37,212 bases of DNA from Candidatus Campbellbacteria bacterium CG22_combo_CG10-13_8_21_14_all_43_18 (GCA_002771565.1 PCTS01000034.1:877-38088); one strand, 5' to 3'; shown: positions 27,925 to 36,634, counted from the first letter of the stretch. Notes: a model not told the origin generated them from the letters alone. A program made the numbers and translations.

Positions 27925-28180
27925 CCAACTCTTTTTTTCCGAGTCTTTCATTCAAGTTTTTCAACAGCTCTTCTTTTTGGAGAAAAAAAACGCTTTTATT
28001 CAAACCCTTTGTTTTAAGATAAAGGACGCCGGTCTTTTTATCAAAAGAAACCTGTTCTTTTGAAACACTTATCCGAAGTTTTTCTCTGACGAGAGAGACA
28101 AATTCCGTTCTGATGCTATCGTCCGGAAACGAAAGTTTTTCAAACTTCCCCAGAAAATTTTTCAGGTTAATAAAACTCAT
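27902..28180 (-). CDS. Small protein, possibly DciA/DUF721-like
   Basis: 92 aa; GVLYLKT...FFLQKEELLKNLNERLG...VKDL resembles the DUF721 KH-like fold; overlaps the yebC stop. Confidence 0.55.
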   Translation of the reverse strand: MSFINLKNFLGKFEKLSFPDDSIRTEFVSLVREKLRISVSKEQVSFDKKTGVLYLKTKGLNKSVFFLQKEELLKNLNERLGKKELVKDLMIS

Positions 28181-28707
28181 TCCGCGTTCGCATAAAGACC
28201 AAGGACATCATCGTGCTCCGAAAGGGCCTCAAGGGCCGCCTCCAGTTTTTCCCGCCCCGATTCGCTTATTTTCACAAAAACCGAGGGCCGCCACTTGTCT
28301 CCCGTCTTTTTAAAAGCCCAGGAAGCGGCGCGGGGAGGAGAAATGAAAAGGCCATGTTTTGCCAGAATCCGCCTCAATTCCGAACCCGTTCTGTTCGTGT
28401 TGTCTGAAAGAGTTTCAATAATAATGGCCGCGCCTTCCGGGCCGTAGGCCTCATATGTGGCGGAAATCAAATTTTCCTCTCCGCCGCCCGCCCCTTTTTC
28501 CACCGCCCGTTCTATATTGGCTTTTGGCACATTTTCTTTTTTGGCCGATAAAATAGCGGCTCGCAGTCCGGCCGAGTTTACATCTCCACCGGATTTTTTT
28601 GACTCATTTTGAATAAGCCTCAAAAACTTGGAAAAACTCCGACTTTTTCCCGCGTCCATGGCCTCTTTTTTGTGCTTGATTTTTGACCACTTGTTATGTC
28701 CGGACAT
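28177..28707 (-). CDS. yebC: YebC/PmpR family protein, short form
   Basis: MSGHNKWSKIKHKK, NVPKANIERA, YEAYGPEG, SDNTNRT, HDDV..LYAN. Confidence 0.93.
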   Translation of the reverse strand: MSGHNKWSKIKHKKEAMDAGKSRSFSKFLRLIQNESKKSGGDVNSAGLRAAILSAKKENVPKANIERAVEKGAGGGEENLISATYEAYGPEGAAIIIETLSDNTNRTGSELRRILAKHGLFISPPRAASWAFKKTGDKWRPSVFVKISESGREKLEAALEALSEHDDVLGLYANAE

Positions 28708-28736
28708 ATTCTAAAAAATGTTTCCCCGATAAAAAA

Positions 28737-28796
28737 TAATACATACCATAATATATACTATAATACATACTATAATACATACTATAATATATATTT
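28737..28796. repeat. 12-bp tandem repeat TAATAYATACTA, about 5 units
   Basis: TAATACATACCA, TAATATATACTA, TAATACATACTA, TAATACATACTA, TAATATATATTT. Confidence 0.92.
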
Positions 28797-28801
28797 TTTA
28801 A

Positions 28802-29815
28802 TCAATCTTCTCTCCGCCTTATTTCTTTCAAACCGAGATGCTCATAGGCCCTTGGCGTGGCCGCCCTGCCTCGGGGAGTTCTCTCCAAAAGCCCTGTCTG
28901 AATCAGATACGGCTCATAAACCTCTTCTAAGGTTGAGCTTTCTTCCGAAAGAGCGGTGGAGAGAGTGTTAAGACCGACTGGCCCTCCGCCGAATTTGCCG
29001 ATAATCGTTTCAAGAATTTTTCTGTCGTGGGAAGAAAGACCGAGGCGATCAATTTCCAAAAGTTCCAAAGCCTCTTTTATATTTTCTTTGCTCATCGGCC
29101 TTCTGTGGACTTGAGCGAAATCGCGGCATCTCTTCAGATAATAATTGGCCGTTCTTGGAGTAAATCGGCTTCTTTGAGCGATTTCTTTCAAAGCATCTTT
29201 TCCGGCCTTGACCCGGAGTATTTTGGCCGAGCGCTCCAGTATTTTTTCAATTTCTTCTTCCGAATAAAAATTCAGTCTATGAACCCCGCCGGAGAACCTT
29301 GAGCGCAAGGGAGAAGAAACGGAAGCTATGCGAGTCGTGGCTCCGACCATGGTAAAAGGAGGGAGGTCCAACTGCAGGACTCTGGCCGACGGCCCCTTGC
29401 CGATAATAATGTCCAAGACTCCCGACTCCATGGCCGGATATAAAATTTCTTCTATGACCTTGTTCAGGCGGTGGATCTCGTCAATAAAAAGAATGTCCCC
29501 GGGGGAGAGATTTGTTAAAATGGAAGCCAGGTCGCCGACCCTCTCTATGGCCGGCCCGGAAGTGATTTTAATTCCCGCGCCGGCCTCTTTAGCCACAAGA
29601 GTGGCCAGAGTTGTCTTACCGAGACCGGGAGGGCCGTAAAAAAGGAGATGTTCCGGCGATTGGTTCCTTTCCTTTGCCGCCCTTAGAAGTATTTGGACAT
29701 TTTTTCTGACCCCCTCCTGTCCGACATAATCGGCCCACTTCTCCGGACGGAGTGTTTTGTCCAGAGATTTTTCAGAGAGAGCCCCGTTCCCTTTCTTGAA
29801 ACTATCACTTGACAT
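28802..29815 (-). CDS. ruvB: Holliday junction branch migration ATPase RuvB
   Basis: LRP...DYVGQ, GPPGLGKTTLA, LFIDEIHRL, GATTR, PLRSRF, EPYLIQTGLLERTPRGR. Confidence 0.97.
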   Translation of the reverse strand: MSSDSFKKGNGALSEKSLDKTLRPEKWADYVGQEGVRKNVQILLRAAKERNQSPEHLLFYGPPGLGKTTLATLVAKEAGAGIKITSGPAIERVGDLASILTNLSPGDILFIDEIHRLNKVIEEILYPAMESGVLDIIIGKGPSARVLQLDLPPFTMVGATTRIASVSSPLRSRFSGGVHRLNFYSEEEIEKILERSAKILRVKAGKDALKEIAQRSRFTPRTANYYLKRCRDFAQVHRRPMSKENIKEALELLEIDRLGLSSHDRKILETIIGKFGGGPVGLNTLSTALSEESSTLEEVYEPYLIQTGLLERTPRGRAATPRAYEHLGLKEIRRRED

Positions 29816-29859
29816 AAATTAACAGATATGTTAGTATTACAACCGAAAGTAAGTTTTTT

Positions 29860-30008
29860 AATAGAGTCCGGAAATCTCTAAGCATCCGAGCGTCTTTACA
29901 AGGATTTTTTTGCTTTTCCCCTTCTGGGTAAATTGCTGAATTTCTCCTTAGTCTTCACGCTTAACTTCACTCCGCTGAAGTCTTGCTTAGAGATTTCCGG
30001 ACTCTATT
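29860..30008. mobile_element. 149-bp MITE-like element with perfect 25-bp terminal inverted repeats
   Basis: AATAGAGTCCGGAAATCTCTAAGCA (29860-29884) and TGCTTAGAGATTTCCGGACTCTATT (29984-30008) around a non-coding 99-bp core. Confidence 0.7.
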
Positions 30009-30101
30009 TATTTTACTTTATTCTTTTGCCACTATAAACCATTTCTCGGTCCAAAAACATTTACCCAAGCCCCGATTTGTTTCGTGGTTTTGCCAAACCT
30101 T

Positions 30102-31769
30102 TTATCCCAGCTCTATAACTCTTTTCACCTCCTCCAAAGAAGTCATGCCCTTCAAGGCTTTTATGACGGCGTCTTCTTTCATATCAAGCAAGCCTCTTTT
30201 TTTGGCTAGCTCTTCTATTTCTCTTTCGGCCGGCATTGCGGATATTAATTTTTCCATTTCCTCGTCAACGACCACTACTTCAAAAATTCCTCTCCTCTCC
30301 GCGTAGGCGGCGACATCGTTTTCGTCTCCCGTGTCCGGAACCCACAAATAATCTGTCTGCGGAATCTTGCTTTTATCGGCTACGCCGGAAAGAATTTTCT
30401 CCACTAAAACTTTATCTTTATCCGATATCGGCACTTTTTTCTTTCTTCCTTCGTCCAGATGCCGTATCAGCCTTTGGGCCATGGCGATGTTAACGGAGGG
30501 GCCTATGGTTTTCGGGTCAATGCCGAGGTCTAAAAGTCTTGGAAAAGTTCCGGCAGCCGAGTTGGTATGCAAGGTTGATAAAACCAAATGACCGGTCAGA
30601 GAAGCGTGAACGGCAATTCTGGCCGTTTCTTCATCTCGGATTTCTCCCACCATTATAATATCGGGGTCTTGTCTTAAGGCCGACCTTAGTCCGGAAGAAA
30701 AATTGTAGTTTTTCTTGGGATTGACTTGCGTTTGAACAATGCCCGGCAGGTGATATTCAACGGGGTCTTCAATGGTGATTATTTTTATCTCCGGACGATG
30801 AATTTTCCTTAAAAAAGCGTAGAGGGTTGTCGTTTTTCCGGAACCCGTCGGTCCGGTGTTTAATATCAGGCCGTTGGGCTTTTCTATTTCCCTTAAGACA
30901 ACCTTTAAGACGTCCTCATCCAGGCCGAGGTTTTCCAGAGAAATCTTAAGCGTTTCGGGGTTGAGGATTCTCAAAACAATGGATTCGCCGTAAGCTCCGG
31001 GCAGGGAAGAGGCCCTGATCTCTATGTCCGTTTTTTCAAGCTTGATGCTGAACCTTCCGTCCTGGGCTTCTTTTTTTAAATTCAGTTTCAAGCCGGATAG
31101 AAGTTTCAGACGCGAGAGCAGAAGCCCGTAAGTCTCAAGGTCCATCCGAAGAATATCGGTTAAAATGCCGTTCAGTCGGAAACGCAACCTGACATAGGAT
31201 TCCTCCGGCTCTATGTGGACATCGGAGGCTTTAAGCGAGATAGCTCCGGCCAAAATTGACTCAACGATTCTTGAAATTCTGTAACTTTTCTTCAAAGACA
31301 AAGTCTGCTTGATTCCGCTCTCTACATCTCCGAGGGTTTTGTTTTGCCTAACCCCCTCTTCTATTTGCCTGTTTGAGATATCCAAGACCCCGGCCGTCGT
31401 TTCCGTGGAAAAAGAGATGTCCTTATATCTCTCCCAGGCGCTTCGGAGGCTTTTATTTGAAACCATAAAGAGCTTGGGCGAATAGCCTTCTTTTTGAAGC
31501 TCGTCCAAGATATCTTTTGTTTTCGGGTCGTTCGGAGAAAGAATCCCGACCTTTAAATTTTTGTTGAGTTTTTCAAAGACAGCCAGCTTGCTTTCCCTGG
31601 CTATGGCCTCCGGCACGATTCTCAAAGCGTCGGTGTCTATGGAAGTTTGGTTGAGGTCCCTGTAAAGGAGCCCGTATTTGGAGGAAAGAATTTTTTGAAG
31701 CCCCTCCTCCTCTTTTTCTCTGAAGAGTCTTGTTTTTTCCTCCCTTCTTTTATCGTCAAATAAAACCAT
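30102..31769 (-). CDS. GspE/PilB family type IV pilus assembly ATPase
   Basis: ASDVHIEP, QDGRF, GESIVLRIL, GPTGSGKTTTLY, TIEDPVEY, LRQDPDIIMVGEIRD, TGHLVLSTLHTN. Confidence 0.95.
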   Translation of the reverse strand: MVLFDDKRREEKTRLFREKEEEGLQKILSSKYGLLYRDLNQTSIDTDALRIVPEAIARESKLAVFEKLNKNLKVGILSPNDPKTKDILDELQKEGYSPKLFMVSNKSLRSAWERYKDISFSTETTAGVLDISNRQIEEGVRQNKTLGDVESGIKQTLSLKKSYRISRIVESILAGAISLKASDVHIEPEESYVRLRFRLNGILTDILRMDLETYGLLLSRLKLLSGLKLNLKKEAQDGRFSIKLEKTDIEIRASSLPGAYGESIVLRILNPETLKISLENLGLDEDVLKVVLREIEKPNGLILNTGPTGSGKTTTLYAFLRKIHRPEIKIITIEDPVEYHLPGIVQTQVNPKKNYNFSSGLRSALRQDPDIIMVGEIRDEETARIAVHASLTGHLVLSTLHTNSAAGTFPRLLDLGIDPKTIGPSVNIAMAQRLIRHLDEGRKKKVPISDKDKVLVEKILSGVADKSKIPQTDYLWVPDTGDENDVAAYAERRGIFEVVVVDEEMEKLISAMPAEREIEELAKKRGLLDMKEDAVIKALKGMTSLEEVKRVIELG

Positions 31770-31902
31770 TCTTCAAATCATAACTCTTTTGGCCGTAACC
31801 CTCAACAAAAGAGCGTCTTTGGGCGGATGTCGGGCCTCTGCCCAAGGAGGTGGTCTTATCAAGGGCGTCTAAGTGTAAAAATGGATGAGGTTATTCAAGT
31901 GG

Positions 31903-31936
31903 TTGACTATTGGTTTGTTTTGTAGTATTATTCACA
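31903..31936 (+). promoter_or_regulatory. Sigma70 promoter overlapped by a consensus DnaA box
   Basis: TTGACT (31903), 17 nt, TATTAT (31926); TTATTCACA at 31928-31936. Confidence 0.6.
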
Positions 31937-31989
31937 CAGAAACAGAAAAAAACTCTGGATTGACCGCCCATCATACGAGGAGAACCGCA

Positions 31990-32403
31990 ATGAAGCGCTT
32001 GATGAAATGCTTGTTTTTGTTCCCCCCGCTTCTTCTTGCTCTCGGCTCGTGCTACGCGAGTCTGGGGGTAAGGAGTGGCCTCGGTATCTCCATTGTTATG
32101 GAAAGGGCCGGGGAGTACGCCAATGTTTTTGTCACAAACCAGTTTGCCGGCAACAAACTGGTTTGTGAGCAGTTAACCGCGGACGAAGCCCCTCGGTGCG
32201 TCTATCGCCCACCGGGAGGGTTTACCGCAACCTCCGTCTGCGGAGAGATTTACATCCAGAGCCGCCGGATCGGCTCCGGAGAAATCGTCGGTTTTACTAG
32301 GTTTAACTACTGCGACTGGTATCGCGGTAGCGGGTTTGGCCGGTATGATTTCCCGGTCTACCGCATCCGGGAAATCAGTCCGGTGGTGCCGGCCGGCCGG
32401 TAG
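31990..32403 (+). CDS. Orphan exported protein, putative lipoprotein
   Basis: SD-like GAGGAG at 31977-31982 before ATG 31990; MKR..LLLALGSC lipobox-like signal; four further Cys; own promoter and terminator. Confidence 0.65.
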   Translation: MKRLMKCLFLFPPLLLALGSCYASLGVRSGLGISIVMERAGEYANVFVTNQFAGNKLVCEQLTADEAPRCVYRPPGGFTATSVCGEIYIQSRRIGSGEIVGFTRFNYCDWYRGSGFGRYDFPVYRIREISPVVPAGR

Positions 32404-32420
32404 CGATGGGAAGGCGGCTT

Positions 32421-32466
32421 GCCGCCGCGAGGCCCCCGAGGGCCTCGCGGCGGCTCTTTCTTTTTC
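32421..32466 (+). terminator. Intrinsic terminator
   Basis: GCCGCCGCGAGGCCC-CCGA-GGGCCTCGCGGCGGC 15-bp stem followed by TCTTTCTTTTT. Confidence 0.9.
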
Positions 32467-32598
32467 TCCTCTTTTTCTTTCTTTGGCGGCGGGGAATTTT
32501 CACAGAAAAAAACGAACCGGATTAGCCCGATTTTGCCAAAATAAAATTAGGAAAAATCGGGCGAAATTACCTTCGGCAAAAATGGTAAAATAAGCCTT

Positions 32599-33045
32599 AT
32601 GAAGCGCGTCAAGTATCTTTCCGAAAATCTTCAAGAGACGAAGAAAATAGCCGGAGAGTTTTTAAAAAAAACCCATCCCCAAAGCAAGTCCGCCACGGTC
32701 GTAGAGCTTATCGGAAACTTGGGTTCCGGCAAAACGGCTTTTGTCAAAGCCGCAGCCGAGGTTCTCGGTCTTAAAAACACGGTTTCCAGTCCGACATTTG
32801 TCATTCAAAAAATATACAAACTTCGGAACAAAGAATTTGATTATCTGATTCATCTTGACGCTTACCGTCTAGAAAACGGAAAGGAATTGAAAATTTTGGG
32901 CTGGCAGAACATTCTCTCTTCGCCTGAAAATTTGATTTTTATAGAATGGCCGGAAAAAGTTTCGGACATTCTGCCGCGCGGGACAAAACGCGTTTTTTTT
33001 GATTTTGTTTCCGAAAATACCAGAGAAATAAAATATGAAACCTAA
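32599..33045 (+). CDS. tsaE: tRNA threonylcarbamoyladenosine biosynthesis ATPase TsaE
   Basis: LIGNLGSGKTAF, VSSPTFVI, HLDAYRL, FIEWPE. Confidence 0.95.
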   Translation: MKRVKYLSENLQETKKIAGEFLKKTHPQSKSATVVELIGNLGSGKTAFVKAAAEVLGLKNTVSSPTFVIQKIYKLRNKEFDYLIHLDAYRLENGKELKILGWQNILSSPENLIFIEWPEKVSDILPRGTKRVFFDFVSENTREIKYET

Positions 33046-35380
33046 AAACGCGGAAAGCAAAAAAAGACTCGTGCTTCTTGATTCTCACGCCATTCTCCAT
33101 CGGGCCTATCACGCCTTACCCGACTTTGCCTCCGGAGGTGAGCCGACCGGCGCTCTCTACGGACTTTCTTTGATGCTCTTTAAGATAATCGCGGAACTCA
33201 AGCCGGACTACATTGTCGCCGCCTACGACCTCCCCCAACCGACTTACAGGCACGAAGCCTATGAAGGCTACAAAGCCGGAAGAAAAGAGACCCCCGCCGA
33301 ATTGGCTTCCCAAATAGAAAGGTCCCGAGAGATCTTTAGGGTCTTTGGCATTCCAATTTATGACAAAGAAGGTTTTGAAGCCGATGACATTCTGGGAACT
33401 ATTTCCGAGCTCGCAAAGAAAGACAAAAAAGTTGAAGTCATTATCGCCTCCGGAGATATGGACACCCTCCAGCTCGTGGACAAAGACCAAGTCAGAGTTT
33501 ATACCCTGAAAAAAGGAATAAAGGACACTATTTTGTATGACGAGAAAGCTGTTTGTGAGAGATTCGGCTTCAGCCCCGGCCTTCTGCCGGACTACAAAGG
33601 CCTAAGAGGCGACCCGTCCGATAACATTCCCGGCATAAAAGGCATCGGAGAGAAAATCGCCACGGAACTTATTATAAATTTCGGCGGACTTGATTCCCTT
33701 TACAAAAAACTGAAGAAAGACGCGGATGGCTTTAAAAAGGCCGGCATCAAGCCGAGAATAATCAACCTTCTTTTGGAGAGCGAAGAAGAGGCCTTTTTTT
33801 CTCGCGAGCTGGGGGAAATCAAAAAGGATGTCCCGATTGAATTCAGAATTCCAAAGAAATCGTGGAAGGAAAACTTGGACCCCGAGAAAGTTTTGACGCT
33901 TTTCGGGGAACTCGGCTTCCGCTCTCTTTCGGAAAAAATCAGAGAGATGTTTCTGATGAAAAAAGTTCAGACGGAAACCGCAAGTCCCGAAGAGGCAGAA
34001 AAAACCGCCATTGCTTTGTGGCTTTTGGATTCCGACACGACCAATCCGGAACTCTCTGACATTTTGAATTTTGCCGGAACCGATAATTTCAAAAAAGCCC
34101 GGGAGCATATTTTTTCCGAGCTTGAAAAAACCGGCCTCCAAAAACTTTTTCGAGAAGTTGAACTGCCGCTCATTTCCGTGATTAAGAAAATGCAAGAAAC
34201 GGGAGTAAAAATTGATATGGTTTTTCTTCGCGAGCTTTCCCGGAAATATCATCAGGACCTTCAAAAACTGGAAAAAACCATTAGAGAACTTTCCGGCAGA
34301 AAATTCAATCTTAACTCGCCCAAACAACTCTCGGAAGTCTTGTTTGACGAAATGAAGCTCTCCGCTCCCAACCTGAAAAAGACTTCCGGCGGCGCAAGGT
34401 CAACCAGAGAATCGGAGCTCTTAAAATTAAGAGAAACGCATCCCATCATCGAAAAAATTCTGGAATATCGGGAACTCCAAAAACTTCTCTCAACCTACAT
34501 TGATAATATTCCGGAAATGGTCGCAAAAGGCGGCAGACTTCACGCCGATTTCAACCAAGCCGGCACGACAACCGGCAGAATGTCTTCTCAAAACCCGAAT
34601 CTTCAGAATATTCCAGCAAGAAGCGCGCTTGGAAAAGAAATAAGGAAAGCTTTTGTCTCCGAGAAAGGATTTAAAATCGTGGCTTTTGACTATTCGCAGA
34701 TTGAACTTCGGATCGCGGCAATCCTCTCGGGAGATAAAAAACTCATTGATATTTTCAAGAAAGGCCACGACATTCATAATTCCGTGGCCGAGGAAGTTTT
34801 TGGGGTCGGCTCGGGCGAAGTTACGACAAAAATGCGTTCTCATGCCAAGACGATAAATTTCGGCATTTTATACGGCATGGGAGTGAACTCTCTCAAGACG
34901 GCCCTGGGCACGGACAGGAAAACCGCCCAGGAATTTTATAATGGCTATTTTGAGAAGTTTGGAGGTCTCGCTCTTTATCTGGAGAAGACCAAAAGGGAGG
35001 CTATGAAAAAAGGATATACTGAAACTTTTTTCGGGCGAAGAAGATACTTTCCGGGCCTTCGGTCAAAACTGCCTTTTATCAGAGCTCAAGCAGAAAGAAT
35101 GGCCGTTAACGCGCCCATCCAGGGCACCCAGGCTGATATTATCAGGATTGCCATGGTCTTGATAGATAAAAATCTTTCGTCAAAAGATGTCCGCCTTTTA
35201 CTGCAGGTTCATGACGAATTGGTTTATGAAATCAGAGAAGGCAAAGTCCGCGCTGTTTCCCGAGAAATCAAAAAAACAATGGAAAATGTCATCTCTCCCG
35301 ACAAAATAAACGGCATCAATCTTGCCGTTGATGTTTCCGAGGGCCTTAATTGGGGAGAAATGAAAAAATTAAAAATATGA
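33035..35380 (+). CDS. polA: DNA polymerase I (compact)
   Basis: 5'-3' exonuclease motifs (HRAYHALP, GFEADD, SGDMD, GDPSDNIPGIKGIG) and family A polymerase motifs (TGRMSSQNPNLQNIP, DYSQIELR, AKTINFGILYG, LQVHDEL). Confidence 0.97.
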   Translation: MKPKNAESKKRLVLLDSHAILHRAYHALPDFASGGEPTGALYGLSLMLFKIIAELKPDYIVAAYDLPQPTYRHEAYEGYKAGRKETPAELASQIERSREIFRVFGIPIYDKEGFEADDILGTISELAKKDKKVEVIIASGDMDTLQLVDKDQVRVYTLKKGIKDTILYDEKAVCERFGFSPGLLPDYKGLRGDPSDNIPGIKGIGEKIATELIINFGGLDSLYKKLKKDADGFKKAGIKPRIINLLLESEEEAFFSRELGEIKKDVPIEFRIPKKSWKENLDPEKVLTLFGELGFRSLSEKIREMFLMKKVQTETASPEEAEKTAIALWLLDSDTTNPELSDILNFAGTDNFKKAREHIFSELEKTGLQKLFREVELPLISVIKKMQETGVKIDMVFLRELSRKYHQDLQKLEKTIRELSGRKFNLNSPKQLSEVLFDEMKLSAPNLKKTSGGARSTRESELLKLRETHPIIEKILEYRELQKLLSTYIDNIPEMVAKGGRLHADFNQAGTTTGRMSSQNPNLQNIPARSALGKEIRKAFVSEKGFKIVAFDYSQIELRIAAILSGDKKLIDIFKKGHDIHNSVAEEVFGVGSGEVTTKMRSHAKTINFGILYGMGVNSLKTALGTDRKTAQEFYNGYFEKFGGLALYLEKTKREAMKKGYTETFFGRRRYFPGLRSKLPFIRAQAERMAVNAPIQGTQADIIRIAMVLIDKNLSSKDVRLLLQVHDELVYEIREGKVRAVSREIKKTMENVISPDKINGINLAVDVSEGLNWGEMKKLKI

Positions 35381-36087
35381 TCTACCTGCTCTACGGTTCC
35401 GATTTCAAAAAATCCCGCCTGAAACTTCACGCCCTTCAGGCCTCTTTCCTGGAAAAATCTCCGCGCTCTTCCTCTTTTCATTTTGATTCTGAAAATTTTG
35501 AAGAGAAGTTTTTGGACGAGATAATCTCCGGAAAGAGCCTTTTTTCCGGCAGGTGCATTGTTGTCCTGGACAAGCTTTTGGGGGCGGGGAATTTTAATGA
35601 ATTTCTTTTTAAAAAAATGAAAGAGCTCTCTCTTTCAGAAAATATTTTCATCTTTCTTGAAGAAAAGATGGGTAAAAAAGAACTGGGGCTCCTTAAAAAA
35701 TGGACGGAGAAAACCCAAGAATTTTCCATGGCGGAGAAAGAGGAAAAATTTAAAATCTTCTCACTCTCCGACGCGCTCGGCCGAAGAGATAAAAAAGGCC
35801 TTTGGGTCTTGTACCAAAAAGCTCTAGGCCGGGGTATTTCGGTCGGAGAGATTCGGGGCATCTTATTTTGGCAGGTCAAAAATCTTTTAATGCTCAAAAA
35901 AACCAAAGAGCCGAAAAAACTCGGACAGAACCCCTATGTTTTGAGAAAAAATCTTTCCTTTCTTTCAAATTTCAAAGAAGAAGAACTTGCGGACCTCTCT
36001 CGAAAGCTTGTTGAACTCCCGCATCGCTCCAGAAGAGGAGAGGGAGAGGAGGAAATTCTTCTGGAAAACTTTCTGCTCTCTCTTTGA
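35377..36087 (+). CDS. holA: DNA polymerase III delta subunit-like protein (shortened)
   Basis: MIYLLYGSD, SLFSGRCIVVLD, FKIFSLSDAL..RD, NPYV..K; ATGA overlap with the polA stop. Confidence 0.7.
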   Translation: MIYLLYGSDFKKSRLKLHALQASFLEKSPRSSSFHFDSENFEEKFLDEIISGKSLFSGRCIVVLDKLLGAGNFNEFLFKKMKELSLSENIFIFLEEKMGKKELGLLKKWTEKTQEFSMAEKEEKFKIFSLSDALGRRDKKGLWVLYQKALGRGISVGEIRGILFWQVKNLLMLKKTKEPKKLGQNPYVLRKNLSFLSNFKEEELADLSRKLVELPHRSRRGEGEEEILLENFLLSL

Positions 36088-36157
36088 TTTCCGCTTCACA
36101 GGGTCGTCTTTTTTTCGAGCAATTAAAGTTTCTGAAGCCGGAGTTTGCCATAGATTT

Positions 36158-36634
36158 TTAAAATTTTTTATAAACAACTTTATTTTGGAGACTTTCCAGA
36201 TATCTTTTGAAATTACGCGAAGATGTCTCCAGAGTTTTTGAGTTTGTTTCGGGGTGAAAATAGACTCTCTCTTTCTTCAGAAGGTCTTCGTCTATCAGGA
36301 CGAGAACATCTTTTTCTTTGTTGTTGATGAGAGCGTAGGGGCTGACCGACCCCGGGGTCGTGCCGAGTTTTTGGCGAAGTTCTTCCGGGGAAGCAAAACT
36401 CAACCGGCTTTCTTTCAGGTTCTTTTGCAGTTCGTTCTGGTCAATTCTTTTTTCTCCGGAAATTATGACGAGGTAATAAGCGCTTTTATTCTTGTTTCTC
36501 ATCAAAAGACTCTTGCTTCTTTCTCCCGGAACCTCGTCTTTATGAAGCAGAGATTCTTTAACCGTAAAAACCGGCCTATGCCGATAGACCTTGTATTTTA
36601 TCCGCAAGAAGTCCAAAGTTTGGTAGATGTCCAT
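36158..36634 (-). CDS. YbaK/ProX family aminoacyl-tRNA editing protein (ProXp-ala/PrdX-like)
   Basis: HRPVFTV, KSLLMR, RLSFASPEEL..KLGTTPGSVSPYAL, FHP.TN. Start placed at MDIY (36634). Confidence 0.9.
   Translation of the reverse strand: MDIYQTLDFLRIKYKVYRHRPVFTVKESLLHKDEVPGERSKSLLMRNKNKSAYYLVIISGEKRIDQNELQKNLKESRLSFASPEELRQKLGTTPGSVSPYALINNKEKDVLVLIDEDLLKKERVYFHPETNSKTLETSSRNFKRYLESLQNKVVYKKF

Noticed and set aside
28696..28971. ORF with NTYY repeats
   Set aside because: It is a translation of the 12-bp tandem repeat and lies antisense to ruvB.
31885..31989. First 35 codons of ORF 31885..32403
   Set aside because: They overlap a clear promoter and SD; the signal peptide begins at 31990.
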